NCBI GenBank assembly: GCA_050273025.1
Contig: CP158635.1
Location: forward strand, 12,276,001-12,340,000
Origin: Cenococcum geophilum
Lineage: Eukaryota
Direction of reading: 5' to 3'
DNA length: 64,000 nt
Positions 25,501-37,946 of this stretch are shown here, piece by piece. Both the position numbers and the translations under genes were made by a program. The first letter of the stretch is position 1, and each line of letters begins with the position of its first letter. Under the pieces are notes generated by a model. That model was not told where the DNA came from. It was given only the letters and a program-made list of their open reading frames with translations, and did not search any database.

Positions 25501-27570
25501 GGGTAGAGCGGGAACTACTTATATAGGATTACTAAGTCCTATAATAGGATTACCCTAAGCACACGGAGGAGGCGTAGAAATCCTAAGCCTATAAAGTTAA
25601 GCCATACAACCTCATTATCTGCCCTCTCTGGGTAGTAGGTCTCTATATGTTTTAGCCAGATATTAGTCTTAGGCCATATCTTTAAATAAAGTACCTCCTT
25701 CGGTACCTCCCGTGCGCGGGAAAAAAAGTAGCCCTTTCCTTCCTTTAGGAAGCCGGTAATTAACCGTATAAATATACGGGGTAGATAGCTAAGGTAGGCT
25801 CCTATTATCGCGTCCGTATTCTAGCGTTCGGCCTATCTAATTTAGGTCTCCTTAACGCCGCTTAGCTTGGCATGCCAGACGCTCTACTTACAGGCGCTAT
25901 AGGTCTTCTCTTTTAAATAAATCCCTACCCCTTAGAATATCTTTTTATTCCATTTAAACTGCGTATAATAGCTTAACGGCTGTTACAGTACTTTAATACT
26001 GCTAGGGAAGATATATAGGCCGTAGTAGTCCTCTAGCTACCAAAAGGATAGGAAGCTCTTAGCGCTATCCTTACCCTAGTAGTTAAAGAAGTAGAAGGCT
26101 ATTATAGAGAGAGGGTAAAGGATAGGGTTAGTATTGCGCATATAGCCCATATACTCAACCTTACCGTGCTAATTCTACTTCCCTTATATTATTAATATAA
26201 TTATATACGGCGCTAACTCGTCTAGTTTAGGCCCTTTATTCTCTAGTTTAATAAAGATAAGGTTAGCAAGCTAAACATCCTATCTACTTTTACCTTAGGT
26301 AACGGTAGTATGGCCTAAGGAACGGGTTAGAAAATGGTAGCTATACGGACTAGATAGGGTATATATAAACCTAATAAATACTTAGCTACAGTTTAAAGGT
26401 AAGACTTAATTAAGCCTAGCTTCTTAGAGCCCATCTCCTAGCACTAAGTAATTACCTTTTTAAGCCCTTTAACGTTATAGCTACTAGTAATTATAAATAG
26501 GCCTTAATTAATAAAGTTAACGCGTTAAATCCGGTCCTTATTACGGCGGACGCTATCTAATACCGCTAAGAGCTTCGCCCCCCGCAGCGGCTATAAGGTT
26601 TTACCTTCCGACTACTATATATAGAGCTTAGTAATAGCGGAGACGTAGCTATTTATAACTAAGTATCGGACCGTCTCGTTAAATAGGGCGTTTAGGGCCT
26701 CCTTATCCTATATTTCTTCCTCCTTTATAGCTTCCTCCCCTATAGCTGCGGCTGCCCCTACAGCTGCCTTTCTCCCTAGCGGCCCTCCTGCGGTCGTCTT
26801 CTGCCTTTTCTTCGCCCGCTCGCCATCTTTCCATATCTCTTTCCGTTTTAACTTCCGTTTTTAATAGCCAGCGGCCCACAATTTTTAATTAATAACTTAC
26901 TGCTCTAAAAATAGGCAAAGCTTATCTTCCGTTACCCAGGCGCCGTCCGTATTACCTTCTAGTCTTACGCACTAGTCTTCCCACTCTTTCTACTTTAGCT
27001 TATACGCCCTTAAGGTATTCTTTAAGCGCTAGGCCTTATAAATATCTTATAGCCGTACTGTCTAGGCCTTAAATTTGTTCTAGAGGAGGCTATAGGGGGA
27101 GGAGGCTAGGGGGGCTTCCGTAGTGGACTGTAGGGTAAGAAGATTCTTAAGGGACTCTATATCCGTAAGAGGTAAAGGGGCAGACGCGTAAGCGTGGTAT
27201 GGGTAAATAAAGCTACTAAACGCGTAAATATTAATAGAGAAGAAAAAGAAGAGGGCTCTATATTATAGAATTAGAATTATAGCAGGCCTTTCTATATAAA
27301 ATTAGAAGCCCCGTATAAGCTAGGAGCCAGCGCAGGCACAAAAATAGTAGAGGGTTAGAAAATAGGATTATTAAGGCAACGGTAAGGTTAATAGCGCGTA
27401 ACGAGGACCTTTATACTAACCCAGTACTAACCTAGGCCTTAAAAACGCGTCCGAAAAGTAGGGGCCACCACTAAAGGGGGGGGGTGATATTTAAACGATA
27501 TGTCGAAGACCTTAGGGGGTTGTGCGTAACCTAAGGTTATGCCAAGCTTAACCCGGACCTCCGATACCTA
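22535..27570 (-). mobile_element. Crypton copy 3 (3596 bp without the insertion), interrupted by a TIR element
   Basis: Direct repeat of copies 1 and 2; the sequence resumes exactly (TA|CGGCGACGG) after 24682; ends GATACCTA at 27570. Confidence 0.88.
23245..24682. mobile_element. Non-autonomous Tc1/mariner-superfamily-like TIR element, 1438 bp
   Basis: TIR CGTTAGGAAAACGGGA ... TCCCGTTTTCCTGACG. TA is duplicated (23243-44, 24683-84) relative to the empty site ATCCTACGGCG in Crypton copies 1 and 2. No transposase ORF; the interior is built from short tandem repeats. Confidence 0.85.
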
Positions 27571-27732
27571 CCTATAACTCCTAAGTAAGAAAGCACTATA
27601 TGCTAAGAAGTAAATTTTAGGATAGCGAGACTTATATTATAATGGCAATAGTAAGTAAAGAGGATTAATATTTATTACGCTAGTCGAGCAGTATATATAT
27701 ATAGATAGCAACCACAAAAGAAGAGTTGCTAG

Positions 27733-27935
27733 TGTTAGGAATATAGGCAAGTTGCCGTTACGCGAGGCAAGTTGCCGTCACGTGAGGTAAGTTACCGTCA
27801 CGTGTTGCCGCGGCACTAGCGTGGCGAGGAGCCCTAAGCTCCTCGCCCTTCCTTAAGGAAGAAGGAAAAATAGAATAACAACCATTATACTATCTGCAAC
27901 CTGTAGATACGTGATATCACCTTATGAAACCAACA
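27733..27935 (+). repeat. Copia-type LTR (probable 3' LTR of the outer Copia)
   Basis: Follows the same purine tract as 13465, starts TGTTAGGAA, and shares the GGCAAGTTGCCGTCACG repeats and GGCACTAGCG with the inner LTRs. The right end (CCAACA) is approximate. Confidence 0.7.
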
Positions 27936-28071
27936 ATAACAGATTGCCGTAGATTATCATCAGATTGCCGTCAGATTGCCGTTAGGTTGCTATCTCGTGG
28001 TCGGTCTCTAATTGCTAAGTTGGTGGAAACAGGTGGACATGTGCAAGGTGTTACGGGGGTGTCCCGTGACA
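27936..28071 (-). repeat. LTR fragment of the 4779-5148 family
   Basis: Matches ~5030-5148, is less RIP-mutated, and ends CCCGTGACA. Confidence 0.75.
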
Positions 28072-28423
28072 ATGGGTCCCTATCGTTAAAATACCTACCA
28101 ATAGTCTTACTAAAATCCTACCTTATTAAAAGCATGAAGCATAGATAAAGTAATTAAATTTGGTGGATATTTAATATTAGATTACTACCGCTAGTAAAGA
28201 CGCTTAAATATTCTACTAACCCTAATTTAAATTAACTAATTAGGATTTTCCATGCCCGGTATGGAAAATTGCTATTAGCTTGCTTACTACTAGCGCCTTA
28301 GCGGCCCTCGCGATCTCTACCTTTGCTACTTCTAAATTATATCTAATTTCCTATTTTGGTATAGTCTCTACCTTTATTCTTATTTTCTACAGCTTTTAAC
28401 TACACCGTTAAATCTGGGGGGGG

Positions 28424-28680
28424 TGTTACCGACTACCGGTACCAAAGCTTGCGCTACCTTATGACTCACTACCCTACTTCTTGCCATCGCATGTCTCACT
28501 ACTTATTTCTATTACCTATTTCTATTACCTATCACCGACTGAGTGGCGCTGTCTACAGTGGCTATTGTGGATCATCGTCGTCATCTTCTTGCCCCATACC
28601 TCGTGTATATATAGAGACGTTAAAGCTACATTTACAATCAAGTCGCTCGTTCAATTCCCACACACTGCAAAGCTTACAAA
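28424..28680 (+). repeat. Possible LTR relic
   Basis: A G-run directly precedes TGTTACC and there is an internal TATATATA; no second copy in the window and the right end is uncertain. Confidence 0.3.
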
Positions 28681-28996
28681 ATGCCTGTTGAAAGTAATAT
28701 TTTATGCAGATAGCTAAAATCAAGGAATTCGAGTGAATGTCAGTGCGCAGCGGAAAGCTCCGTTTAGAGGCTCAGGGGATGGCTCGACTGGGTGGCTAAG
28801 ACGTTACTCCCACCTCCGAAATAATGACAACTGAGGTACAGCCAACAGTCCTGCGACATAAATATGCTTGGGGTCAGTAAGCCGGCTTGATTTTTTATAT
28901 AGAAGATGATACGGATTTCCGTTCTATTCTATAAAATAGCTGTTCCACTGAGAAGGAAGTAAGATAACCCGAGATGAATCAAAACTGCTCACTCGT

Positions 28997-30743
28997 TTAT
29001 ACCACCTCTATACCTGACGCCCTCACCCTCTCATACTGCCCGTCATCTTTATCCGTGTTATAACGACTTCTTGGCCTTGGCTTGGCATTTTTCATGCTAA
29101 CCAATGTCTTCCTCCTAAGCGCCTCTCTGATCTCCTCGAGACTCCTATCCTTCCATACCTCATAGCCGTTATGGCTAAGCGGGTACATAATCCGGTTCTG
29201 CTTACTCTTGACAAAGGTGTCGGCTTTCTGTGGTGCAGAAGACGTGATAATATCTATGTCAGCTTCGAGCTGGTTGCAAAAGTTATCGAGCGGGAGGTCA
29301 TTAACATCGTGGCCAAAGGGGTTCTCGATCTCTTGACCAATGAAAGCAAAACCAAGGATGATATATGCAGCAACTAGCATGGATGCGGTCAGCTATTTAT
29401 TTGGGGTAGCTATAAGTTTGTCGTGGAAGTAGATTGTGGGCTTACATAGAGTTCCTGGGATCGCGATGAGCCCGAGAGTGTCGTACAGTTGAAAAGGGAG
29501 TATGAGGATATACACCCAGGTTATTTGGGAGATGGCGATTGCGTAGGCGAGGGGTAGTGGAGTGTTAAGAATACGATCAGTAGTGGCGTGAACGTCGTTC
29601 ATGGTCAAGACTGCGTTTACTGAAAATACGACAAGTAAGTCTCCCAAATCGCCACCGTGCGGATGGGGCAATGGACTAACAGGCTTGCGTCTGGTAAGGA
29701 TTTGCCTTGAGGCACCCGGCGTCAATGATGCCATGAATATAGGCCGTCAAATGATTTAAGATCTCGAGAGGTAGATTACCAAGCGGGTATTTGGCGCGCT
29801 TGATAAGCTTCCTAGGATTCGAGATGGTGAAGGAAATGCCAAGGTACTCTCCCCAGGATTCCCAGAGAGATGTTGGGCCTGGATTGTCTCGTTCTGGCTC
29901 CAGCTCAGTTGCTTCTTTTGCGAAGGTGTCGAGGTGTTGCACAAGATCCCTCAGGTCACTATAATGCGTGTATGGTTCGAAACGAAGGCGATGTTTGAGC
30001 GATCGAGCAAAAGCGACAATGAGGTTCAAAGCAGTCCTATGGCCTGGGTCAGATTCCCGCTTAACGGCCAGGGAATGTCGAAGACAAACACTTTTGCTAG
30101 TAGATCATCCTTTGCATGATCCTCTCTCTCTTCAGCATTGATCCAGATAGTGCGTGCGAGATTTTGCGACGCCAACATCAGCGTCGTCCAAGATTTTCTG
30201 CCTTCCATGTATCGTTCGTATGCTGTCGAACTACGGAATGACAGAGACAGGGCAACGACAAATCCAAGAATGGTGAGTAGAGTGGCTGAGATTCCAACTG
30301 TGAAACAAACACGCGAGCGCCGGTCAGCTGAAAGAAATATCGGTATTTCGGAAATTGAACTCACGATCATGAACATGTCTTGAAAACAGACACACTGTAG
30401 TGGTCCAAAGGCCAACAAGAAGCAAAGGAAGAATCAGCCCCGGCAGAAGGCTTCCGTGGATCCGCAGAAACATCGGCCATTTGGAATGTCTGTCAAGCTC
30501 ACGAGGACCAAGCTATTAGAAAAAGTCAGTAACTGCCACAGCGACAGGAAATTTCAGTGGACCTACGAAGTACTCATCGAACGTCAAACTATCATTACTT
30601 CGGTATTTGTCCCTCGACGAAAGTATGAATGGCTCTGGTGTGAAATGTGGAATGTTTTTCGTTCGGGATATCAATGTTTCATCCGTGGTTGAGATGCTCG
30701 TCTGGTCTTCCTCCGCGTTAACCGAAGGGCGCGGAGTATCCAT
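28997..30743 (-). CDS. Bestrophin-2/UPF0187 (YneE/VCCN-like) anion channel family membrane protein, multi-exon
   Basis: ORF fragments carry family motifs LSLSFRSSTAYERYMEGRKSW, RILNTPLPLAYAI, IGQEIENPFGHDVNDLPLD; GT..AG introns lie between them. Confidence 0.88.
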
Positions 30744-31469
30744 GGCTGCTCTAGTAATAAGGTATATTTGAGCGGTGCTATCTTGTCACTGAAAAAACAG
30801 GAAGCTGGCACAATTTTAGGGAATTGATAGATAACTAGATCTCAGAATGAAGCACAGGATCTTCTATTTAAAAGAAAGAAAGACTGTGGGTGTAAAGCTT
30901 AAAAATACTGTTAGCTCCTCAGTCGCACCTCATTTCTATATTCCGCAGCTGAATACAGCGAACGACGGCCATTGCCCTTCTCAATGACGTGTCTCCCCAG
31001 AAAGCCGCAGCTGCGGGCATCCAGCCCCGGGCTGCTGTTGGGCTCTCTCTTAGCTGACAACTGAGGGCGGTTTGATAAATGCTGCACCTCGCCCCTCTAG
31101 CTTTAGCCCATTTCCAATACGCACCCCGCGATTGGTCTTGGAGGGCGCCCCAAAACGCCACAGAACTCACTGAGAGGCGATGAGGACCGGGCTGGAAGTC
31201 GGTCTTGGAGCGAGCGGGAAGGCGGGGCATCAATGTATCGGATCGGCGGCTGAATGCTAGGAAAACAGAAGCTGGGCCAGTTTCACACATTAAATCTCGC
31301 GCTCAAAGACGACTGGGACCCGGAGATAAAGTATCACGAAAAGCTGTGTAAAAACTGAATAAGGCTGGGTCTGGCCTCTATGAATTACTCCCGTTTCGAT
31401 GATGTGCTCAAGCGCCGCGAGGAAGGAAGGAGTAGAAAAGAGAAAACAACGGGTTCACATATCCGCCTA

Positions 31470-32090
31470 CCCCCCCGACCCCAACAAAAAAAAAATTTGG
31501 TGGTCGGCCCCCCCTAATTATGTTAGCAGATCCTCACGCTCTCTTTAGTCGGCCCGTGCTTATTATAACATACCATTAATACTCTAAAAATTTAATATAG
31601 TTATTATAACACGATGTCTATCTCTAAATCTTATAAAGAGACCCTATATAATACCTCTAATTTTACTAAAGAAGCCCTATAAGCTATAGCGAAAGAAAGT
31701 AGCTATATAATTAATTATAATTAACTGTATAATAAAAAGAAGGGGAAGCTTTATAGGCATATATATTTATTATATATACTAGTTAATTAAAGGCCAAAAA
31801 CCTCTCTAGTTATTATTACAAAACGCACTAAATATTACACTTATATATATAATCTCGGACCTATTAGTCGTTTATAAAATGTATTAAAATCCTTAACATG
31901 TAGATCCCCGATTTTTGCATCTAACTTTATATATAAAATCATAAGATAGCCTGTTTCTATATTAAACGCGCCTTATTATTAATATAACTCCTTACTATTA
32001 GTTAGTAAGTTGAAGCTAACATCGCCCTACTATTTGCCCTATCTTAATACGTTTCCTAGTATTATAGTACCTCCTATTAACCCTACTCGT
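31470..32090 (+). mobile_element. RIP-degraded DNA transposon relic, possibly a Mutator/FAR1-type transposase N-terminus
   Basis: Local AT/TpA-rich island; relic reading EAL(Q)AIAKESSY.I...NKKKGKLYRH.YL..., reminiscent of FAR1-like domains. Boundaries approximate. Confidence 0.4.
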
Positions 32091-32426
32091 CGGGTGTCAC
32101 GGGACTTACACGCTCTCACGTCCCTGCGCGTTTTGACGTTCTTGACCCGTGCTCACGAGACACCTAGGCCTGCAGAAAAGAAAGGAAAAGAAACCCAGGA
32201 AGTGGACTATTCCTGATTTATACTAGCTTGTGGATCCGTCCTCGTCGAAAAAGTTGCAACATCCGAAAATAATCACTGCTTACGTTGCCACTACTCAGCC
32301 TCCCTAGGCAACACAATTATACTACAAAATAAAGAGTATAGCTCCCAACTGTATATAAAGATAATTTTCTCTGGTATATTCTTTATTTACAAAAAAAATT
32401 ATTCGATATTCAAACTCCCTGTCGCG

Positions 32427-33495
32427 ATGCAATCTTTGAAAGATACAAGTATATCTCCAATTAAACCTGTCCCCGGGTTGTTCTTGTCAGAGTAAGTGTG
32501 CACCATATACTGCAATCCATCTGGTCACATAAACAATGGCGGCTTCACAGGAAACTATAATATATTCTTGAACCTAGTTAACATTTACACTCTAGTCGTT
32601 TTGCCGCACGCTCAGTTTCCCTTCTTAAATCCCACAATATTGGCTACATTCTATCCGTAGTACGCCCGGATGATCTGCCGAATTTTAACTCATCAGACCC
32701 TTCTGAAGCAGATGCCTTTGCACGCAAAGTGGTAACTAAACATATCGATATTGACGACGATCCAACAGAAGACATATTATGCCACTTGGAGGATGCTTGC
32801 GACTTCATAGATGGCGGTCTTCTCTCTCGGTCAAAAGATGGAGAGGGATCAAAGCAAGTTGGCGTAGTGGTTCACTGCACCCAAGGAATCTCTCGTTCCG
32901 CGTCGTTTGTTATAGCGTATTGTACGTATGTTCCAAAGAAACTCTGTCGAGGATTCATCCACTCGCTCCTAATAAAATTTGTCCCTGCTCTGACTGTTGC
33001 TTTCATACACTTTCCATAGTGATGCGCAATTTCTCGCTCAAATACTCTTCGGCTCTCTCTATGGCTAGGGAGTGCCGCCCTTTGGTATGCCCGAATGTAG
33101 GATTTGAGCGCCAACTTCGTTTATGGGGTTTTTGCGAATGTGATGTCTATGTGCGCGAACCTGAATCGGTGTCGGCCCCTGGATTAGTACTGAAAGAGAA
33201 GACTGCATACAAAGTCTGGAAAGCCGAGCGTGATAACCTCTTAGATCGAGGCGAAGAAGCTACTAATAAAGCCCGCTTTTCATCAATGGCTACTATGGCA
33301 GCCGAGTTCGGGAAGAGGAGGCTTAAAGTGAATAAAAATATAAACAGTAAAGGTGAGGAAGGTAGTGTGGGGAGTGAAGAAGAAGAGAGGAAACGGAAAA
33401 GCCGGGAAAGAGTCGAGAAGATGGAGAAAGACTGGAACAGGAGATTGATTGCAGGTGAAGATCCGCCAGAGACTGGGGAAAAGCAACTTGGGTGA
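32427..33495 (+). CDS. Dual-specificity protein phosphatase (3 exons: 32427-32491, 32596-32921, 33020-33495)
   Basis: Catalytic loop VHCTQGISRSASFVIAY, acid-loop IDDDP and the downstream R..VCPNVGFERQL motif. The introns (GTAAGT..TAG, GTACGT..TAG) join the exons in frame. Confidence 0.88.
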
Positions 33496-34236
33496 TACGT
33501 TAGCAAGCACGGTGTCTTGAAACCTTGATATTTGACTCGACATCCAAGCACTGACAGAATCTCGCTTTAGCAATCATTAAGAAGGATTTGATAAAAATAG
33601 TCAAAACTTTTAACTTGTATAACCAATGCAAGTAGAAGCATTAACTACTAATGGAGCAACAGCTTTTCAAGAGCAATCGCAGCAATCACATGGCTCATTA
33701 AGTAGCTTTATTCAATGCTTGACTCTAGCCTAGATGATTTGCTCTTTATTATAAATATTTTATATTATTATAGCCCGAGTGAAGCGAAAGAAAGGTATTA
33801 AGCAGGTTAGAAGAGGTGAGTTGATAAAAATTTCAGTTGATAATTGTCAGACGAACTCGTGTGTAGATCGATCTACGAAGAAAATGAGGCTATATACACA
33901 CGGTGGATGAGTCATAGGCACCCCTGATCTAACCCTAATATAGTAGTAATCGGCACCAGGTCAACAATAATGAAATGTTAGGCTTAACTTTACGGGAGGA
34001 ATTGGAATTACGGCGATTGGCCTAAGCATAAGATACACCTTTATCTGAAGGTAGCCGAGTTTCGCTGGGATGCCTCGACTGAATATGAAATCATTATACA
34101 ACGGAAATGCTTTCAAAACATCTACTCTAATGCAGACATACGTGAAAAATCGAGATTATAACGGTCCGGCCCGAGGTTTCACAGATATCCCACGAACACA
34201 TTGCTTTTGTTAACATGAAAAGAACGCAAATACTAG

Positions 34237-36287
34237 CTATGAAATACAAAGGCCTAAGACATAATCAATCCATTCAGCTTGTACCTCAAGCTCTAGTTTT
34301 CGGCAGTCTCGAAGTATACTCGCGATGTAACTGCGATGCTCCTCTAAAGCAGAATTTCCAGCAACATACCTATCCTTAGCTATCTGAAGATGTATTCCTG
34401 CAAGGACTCCAAGAGATATTATGCAGGCTTGTTTGCTAACGTCGTTAGGCAACGAACTTTGAAGATTGCACAGCCCTTCCTTTGCTGCATCCCAAGTGCC
34501 CTTAGCGCTAGCCAATTCCCATTCCTGCCACCATAGCTGATCGTCCATGGCATCACAGTTGTGGCGACTTTCGCTGTCATGGTCTCTAAGATTTATATCT
34601 GCAAGTAGCAATTCTTTCCCTATTTTTTTGGACCAATTGGGGAAGTATCGTATCGCTTCATAAATAGGAAGATTTCCTGAAAGATCACGGAGCATTGGAT
34701 GGGCTCCTTTGGCTAATAACAATTTGACAGCCTCCGTAGCGCAGCTTCCGTCATTCGACTTTGTCGTAAGCAGCGTCATTAAAGGAGATTGACCAGAAAG
34801 ATTCAGCCGATTGGGATCTGCGCCTTGGCGCAAGACAATCTTAAGTAGGGTTATGCTGCTAGTGGATTTATCCGGGAGTTTTCTATGGTTCATCAAAACT
34901 GCGTGTAGCAAATAGCTGCCATCCGCACCTACTTTGCTTGGGTCTCCAGCTTTACAGAGCCGCTTTACTAAATCGAAACTTCCAGTTCGGGAAAATAAGA
35001 GCTCGGATAAATAGTCATGAGGCAATACCTTTCCCGAGCGTAACCGAACGTCCAGACTCGCTCCTTTGCTCAAGAAACGCCGAAAGTTCAAGTTGTAAAT
35101 CAACGTATTTGTCCAAAGCGCCCCCGACTTTTCCAAGAATATCTCAAAAGGAAGTTTGTTTTCTCGAGTACGTAATGAAATGTCTGGCTCGGAATCCAAA
35201 AATACCTCCAAGTACACCCCTGTATACTTGCACTCGGTTGGTTGGTCCACGATCATGTGGAAAGGCGTAACTCCAGCTATATTGGCAATATTGACATCTG
35301 CACCCGCATCCAGCAGCAGTGGAATAACGGTAAGGGAAGGTAATCTTTCCATGTCGGCTAGAGATATTGCCAGATGAAGCGGGGTATCGCCTTTGTCATC
35401 CTGGCAGGAAACGATTACGGGTCGCTTAAGCAAAGCTTCCAGCATTGCCTTATAGTACACAGACATGTGCAAAGGCGACCTTCCATCCTGTCCCTTCGAA
35501 TCGAAATCGGCTCCGAATTCCAGCAAAAGTTCGGCAATTTCAACGAAATACCCAAGTATAGCATAGTGTAAAGGTTGATTGTTAGCATGATCTTTCAAGT
35601 TCACAGCCGCACCACTGATAAGCAATTTCTGAACCAACTCTTTCGACCCGTTAATGACCGCCCGATGAAGCCGCGTTCTGCCGTCATTGTCTTGTGTATT
35701 TGAGCTTAGGATACGACTATCCTGTTGAGGAAGACTAGCTCCGGTTATGGCTTGACTGAAATCAGAGTAGTTATTTTGTGAAGGGCCTGCGACATTTTCC
35801 GCGGGTGTGTGAAATTCCCATGGCTCTGTTTCTTGGGGGTATGTTTCTAATAGAGTCGGCATGGATGAGAGGCTGTATCCAGAGCGAGAAAGCTCATCAG
35901 TATAATATTGATGGTGAATGAAGACTGAATAGTACGTACTGGAAAGGGGCCCATTGACTTGTCACTGTGGCTGTTGAGGTAGAATGACCTGTACGAAGCC
36001 CTCTACTAGTAGGTAATCCTAGCCTAGCGCTCCTCGATTCCCTAGGACGATGCGCGTAGAAACTTTCGGTGTTGTATTTCATGTATCCCCATTTACGGAG
36101 CTGGGTCCTGTAGGAACGTACGCTGTACTCTTGTTACTATATCTTCAACGGATTGAGCATTCCGAACTTACGAGGCATGAAAACTATGTTTCCCTTTCAT
36201 GAGTCTCATCACCTCAAGTAGGGTCTTATTTTCAGTCTTGTATAATTTTCGAATCTCCTCTTTTACATCGTCCCATTCCTTTGGCAT
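34237..36287 (-). CDS. Clr5-domain + ankyrin-repeat protein (3 exons)
   Basis: Exon 1 MPKEWDDVKEEIRKLYKTENKTLLEVMRLMKGKHSFHAS is spliced (intron 36171-36123) to VRSYRTQLRKWGYMKY, matching the Clr5 N-terminal pattern. The 541-aa last exon has repeated GRTRLH/QPLH/GRSPLH/GDTPLH/GVTPFH ankyrin motifs. Confidence 0.82.
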
Positions 36288-37601
36288 TTTCACACCTTAA
36301 CAAGGCCGAAAGGTCCACGAAGTAGAATTAATATAACGAAGCTAAGGATGATATAAGTTAACTAAGCTTCAAAAAGAAGTTGTGAAAGATGAATACTTTT
36401 TTAACTTAGAGAAGGCTGAAACGCTTGCCTTTGATCTGCCGGCCATATGACCCCATCGGGCCAAGCTCGCGCAGACCGGCGGTCTCGATGAGCTCGAGCC
36501 GACAAACACCTGACATGCTCTTTTCGCAGTTGCTTAGAGCAAATAAATTTGTTGTCCGTGCTATGCAGCTGCTACAGAACCGCCGCCAATGGGCTTTCAC
36601 ATCAGCAGCGCTGGCAGCCGTGCTGAAAGTGCAGAAGTGCAACGTGCAGGACTTTCTTGCGAGTTTAGTTGGACTGGGTATGGACACGCTCTCGCGGGTC
36701 GCTCTTGCGAGTCGCTCTTGCAAATTGCACATTGCACATATAGACGGCCTTGTGCAAGTGCAAAAGTGCAAAAGTGCAATCGCTTACATTAAAAAAGAAT
36801 ATCTGAGTGGGCCTTCGTATGTCCTCTTTTCCGATAAATTTTAGTGTAAAATTCGGCACATTGCATAAACATGCTACACAATGGTACACCCGCGCCCCAT
36901 AACTCCAGGGATAGTGACACGGATGGTGATGACAAAACGGCAAAGAAAAGTCTGCCTTTTTGGATCCTGCGAATAGAAGTCCGAGGCGCAAGTTATTACC
37001 TTTGCAAATGTGCAAATAACGCATAATCTTGTATATGCCGCTACATACCCACACTAAGTAGTTATAAGTCATGCCCATGGCCCTCCGGAAGGGGAGTTTT
37101 GTCTCTACAAAAACGCAACTTTTTCACCTTCTAATTACAACGCGCTCTAACCGAGCCATCAACTATACCTCTCGCCAAAAAGCAAGGCTCTTCGGCCATA
37201 GTGAGATCTCAACAGCTAGATTCTACGAGGGGCGTCTCTACTTTGGGAGAGAGTACCAGAAATGGATGTGACTCGTATGCCACCGTCTCAAATCACTTCT
37301 ATCCTAAAGTTCGTGGTGTCCGGGTGACTGAGTTTCTTTACTTATTCGCTTACTTAGTGTAACCTGATAGCAGCTTCAGCGTCTTTTCTTTGATATCAGT
37401 CCTTTCATTGTCTTTCAGATAGTCGTACTTGTTCGATGTTGCTGATTCTTTATCAGAGCTGAAAGGATACATCCAAGCTCTTTCCAAGATAATCCTCACG
37501 CCGGCCCATTTTCTGGAATATCTCGTTCCTCATCCGCCACCACAACTATCGGCCTCAACTCCTCCCCTGAGTCCCATACACATACAGGGAACATCGTCCC
37601 A

Positions 37602-37946
37602 GTGAGGTTGACACAAAACAATCTGGCCAAGCACCACAACAACTCGGCGTATCTTTGGAATAATGCAGCCGTATCTCAACAGATACGAAAGGACCGTTCG
37701 GAGCAGCTCAGGGCAGCTATTCGAGACTTAGGTATCGAATTGCCCGAGCGAATGGTCAACGAAATGGCAACAAGCTACGACGGCATGACCACAATGGAGA
37801 GATATCTTGCAGAAACGAAGAGGTCTCTAGGAGAGCAAGAGAACACTGAGAGACATGCCTATGTTGGCAAGCAGACTGTCGCCGCTGACGCGTCATGGAA
37901 AGCAGGTGTAGCACCTTCCGGAGATACCCGACGATGTAAAGAGTAA
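37602..37946 (+). CDS. Small hypothetical protein, start uncertain
   Basis: 114-codon open frame with helical, protein-like composition; it begins at GTG and no clear upstream ATG was seen. Confidence 0.35.
   Translation: MRLTQNNLAKHHNNSAYLWNNAAVSQQIRKDRSEQLRAAIRDLGIELPERMVNEMATSYDGMTTMERYLAETKRSLGEQENTERHAYVGKQTVAADASWKAGVAPSGDTRRCKE

Larger units (their letters stand above)
5149..27935 (+). mobile_element. Outer RIP-inactivated Copia-type LTR retrotransposon, fragmented (5149-7623, 13659-15340, 27571-27935)
   Basis: Colinear with the inner copy from the gag region on: protease DTGA-like, integrase, then RT and RNase H after the insertion, with the pol stop at ~15216. The 3' UTR is interrupted by the Crypton trimer. 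A purine tract AAAAGAAGAGTTGCTAG precedes an LTR at 27733. Confidence 0.8.

Noticed and set aside
15341..27570. Assembly artefact explaining the three tandem copies
   Set aside because: The copies carry independent RIP patterns, copy-specific indels (16 bp, 18 bp) and a copy-specific insertion, so they are not duplicated reads of one copy.
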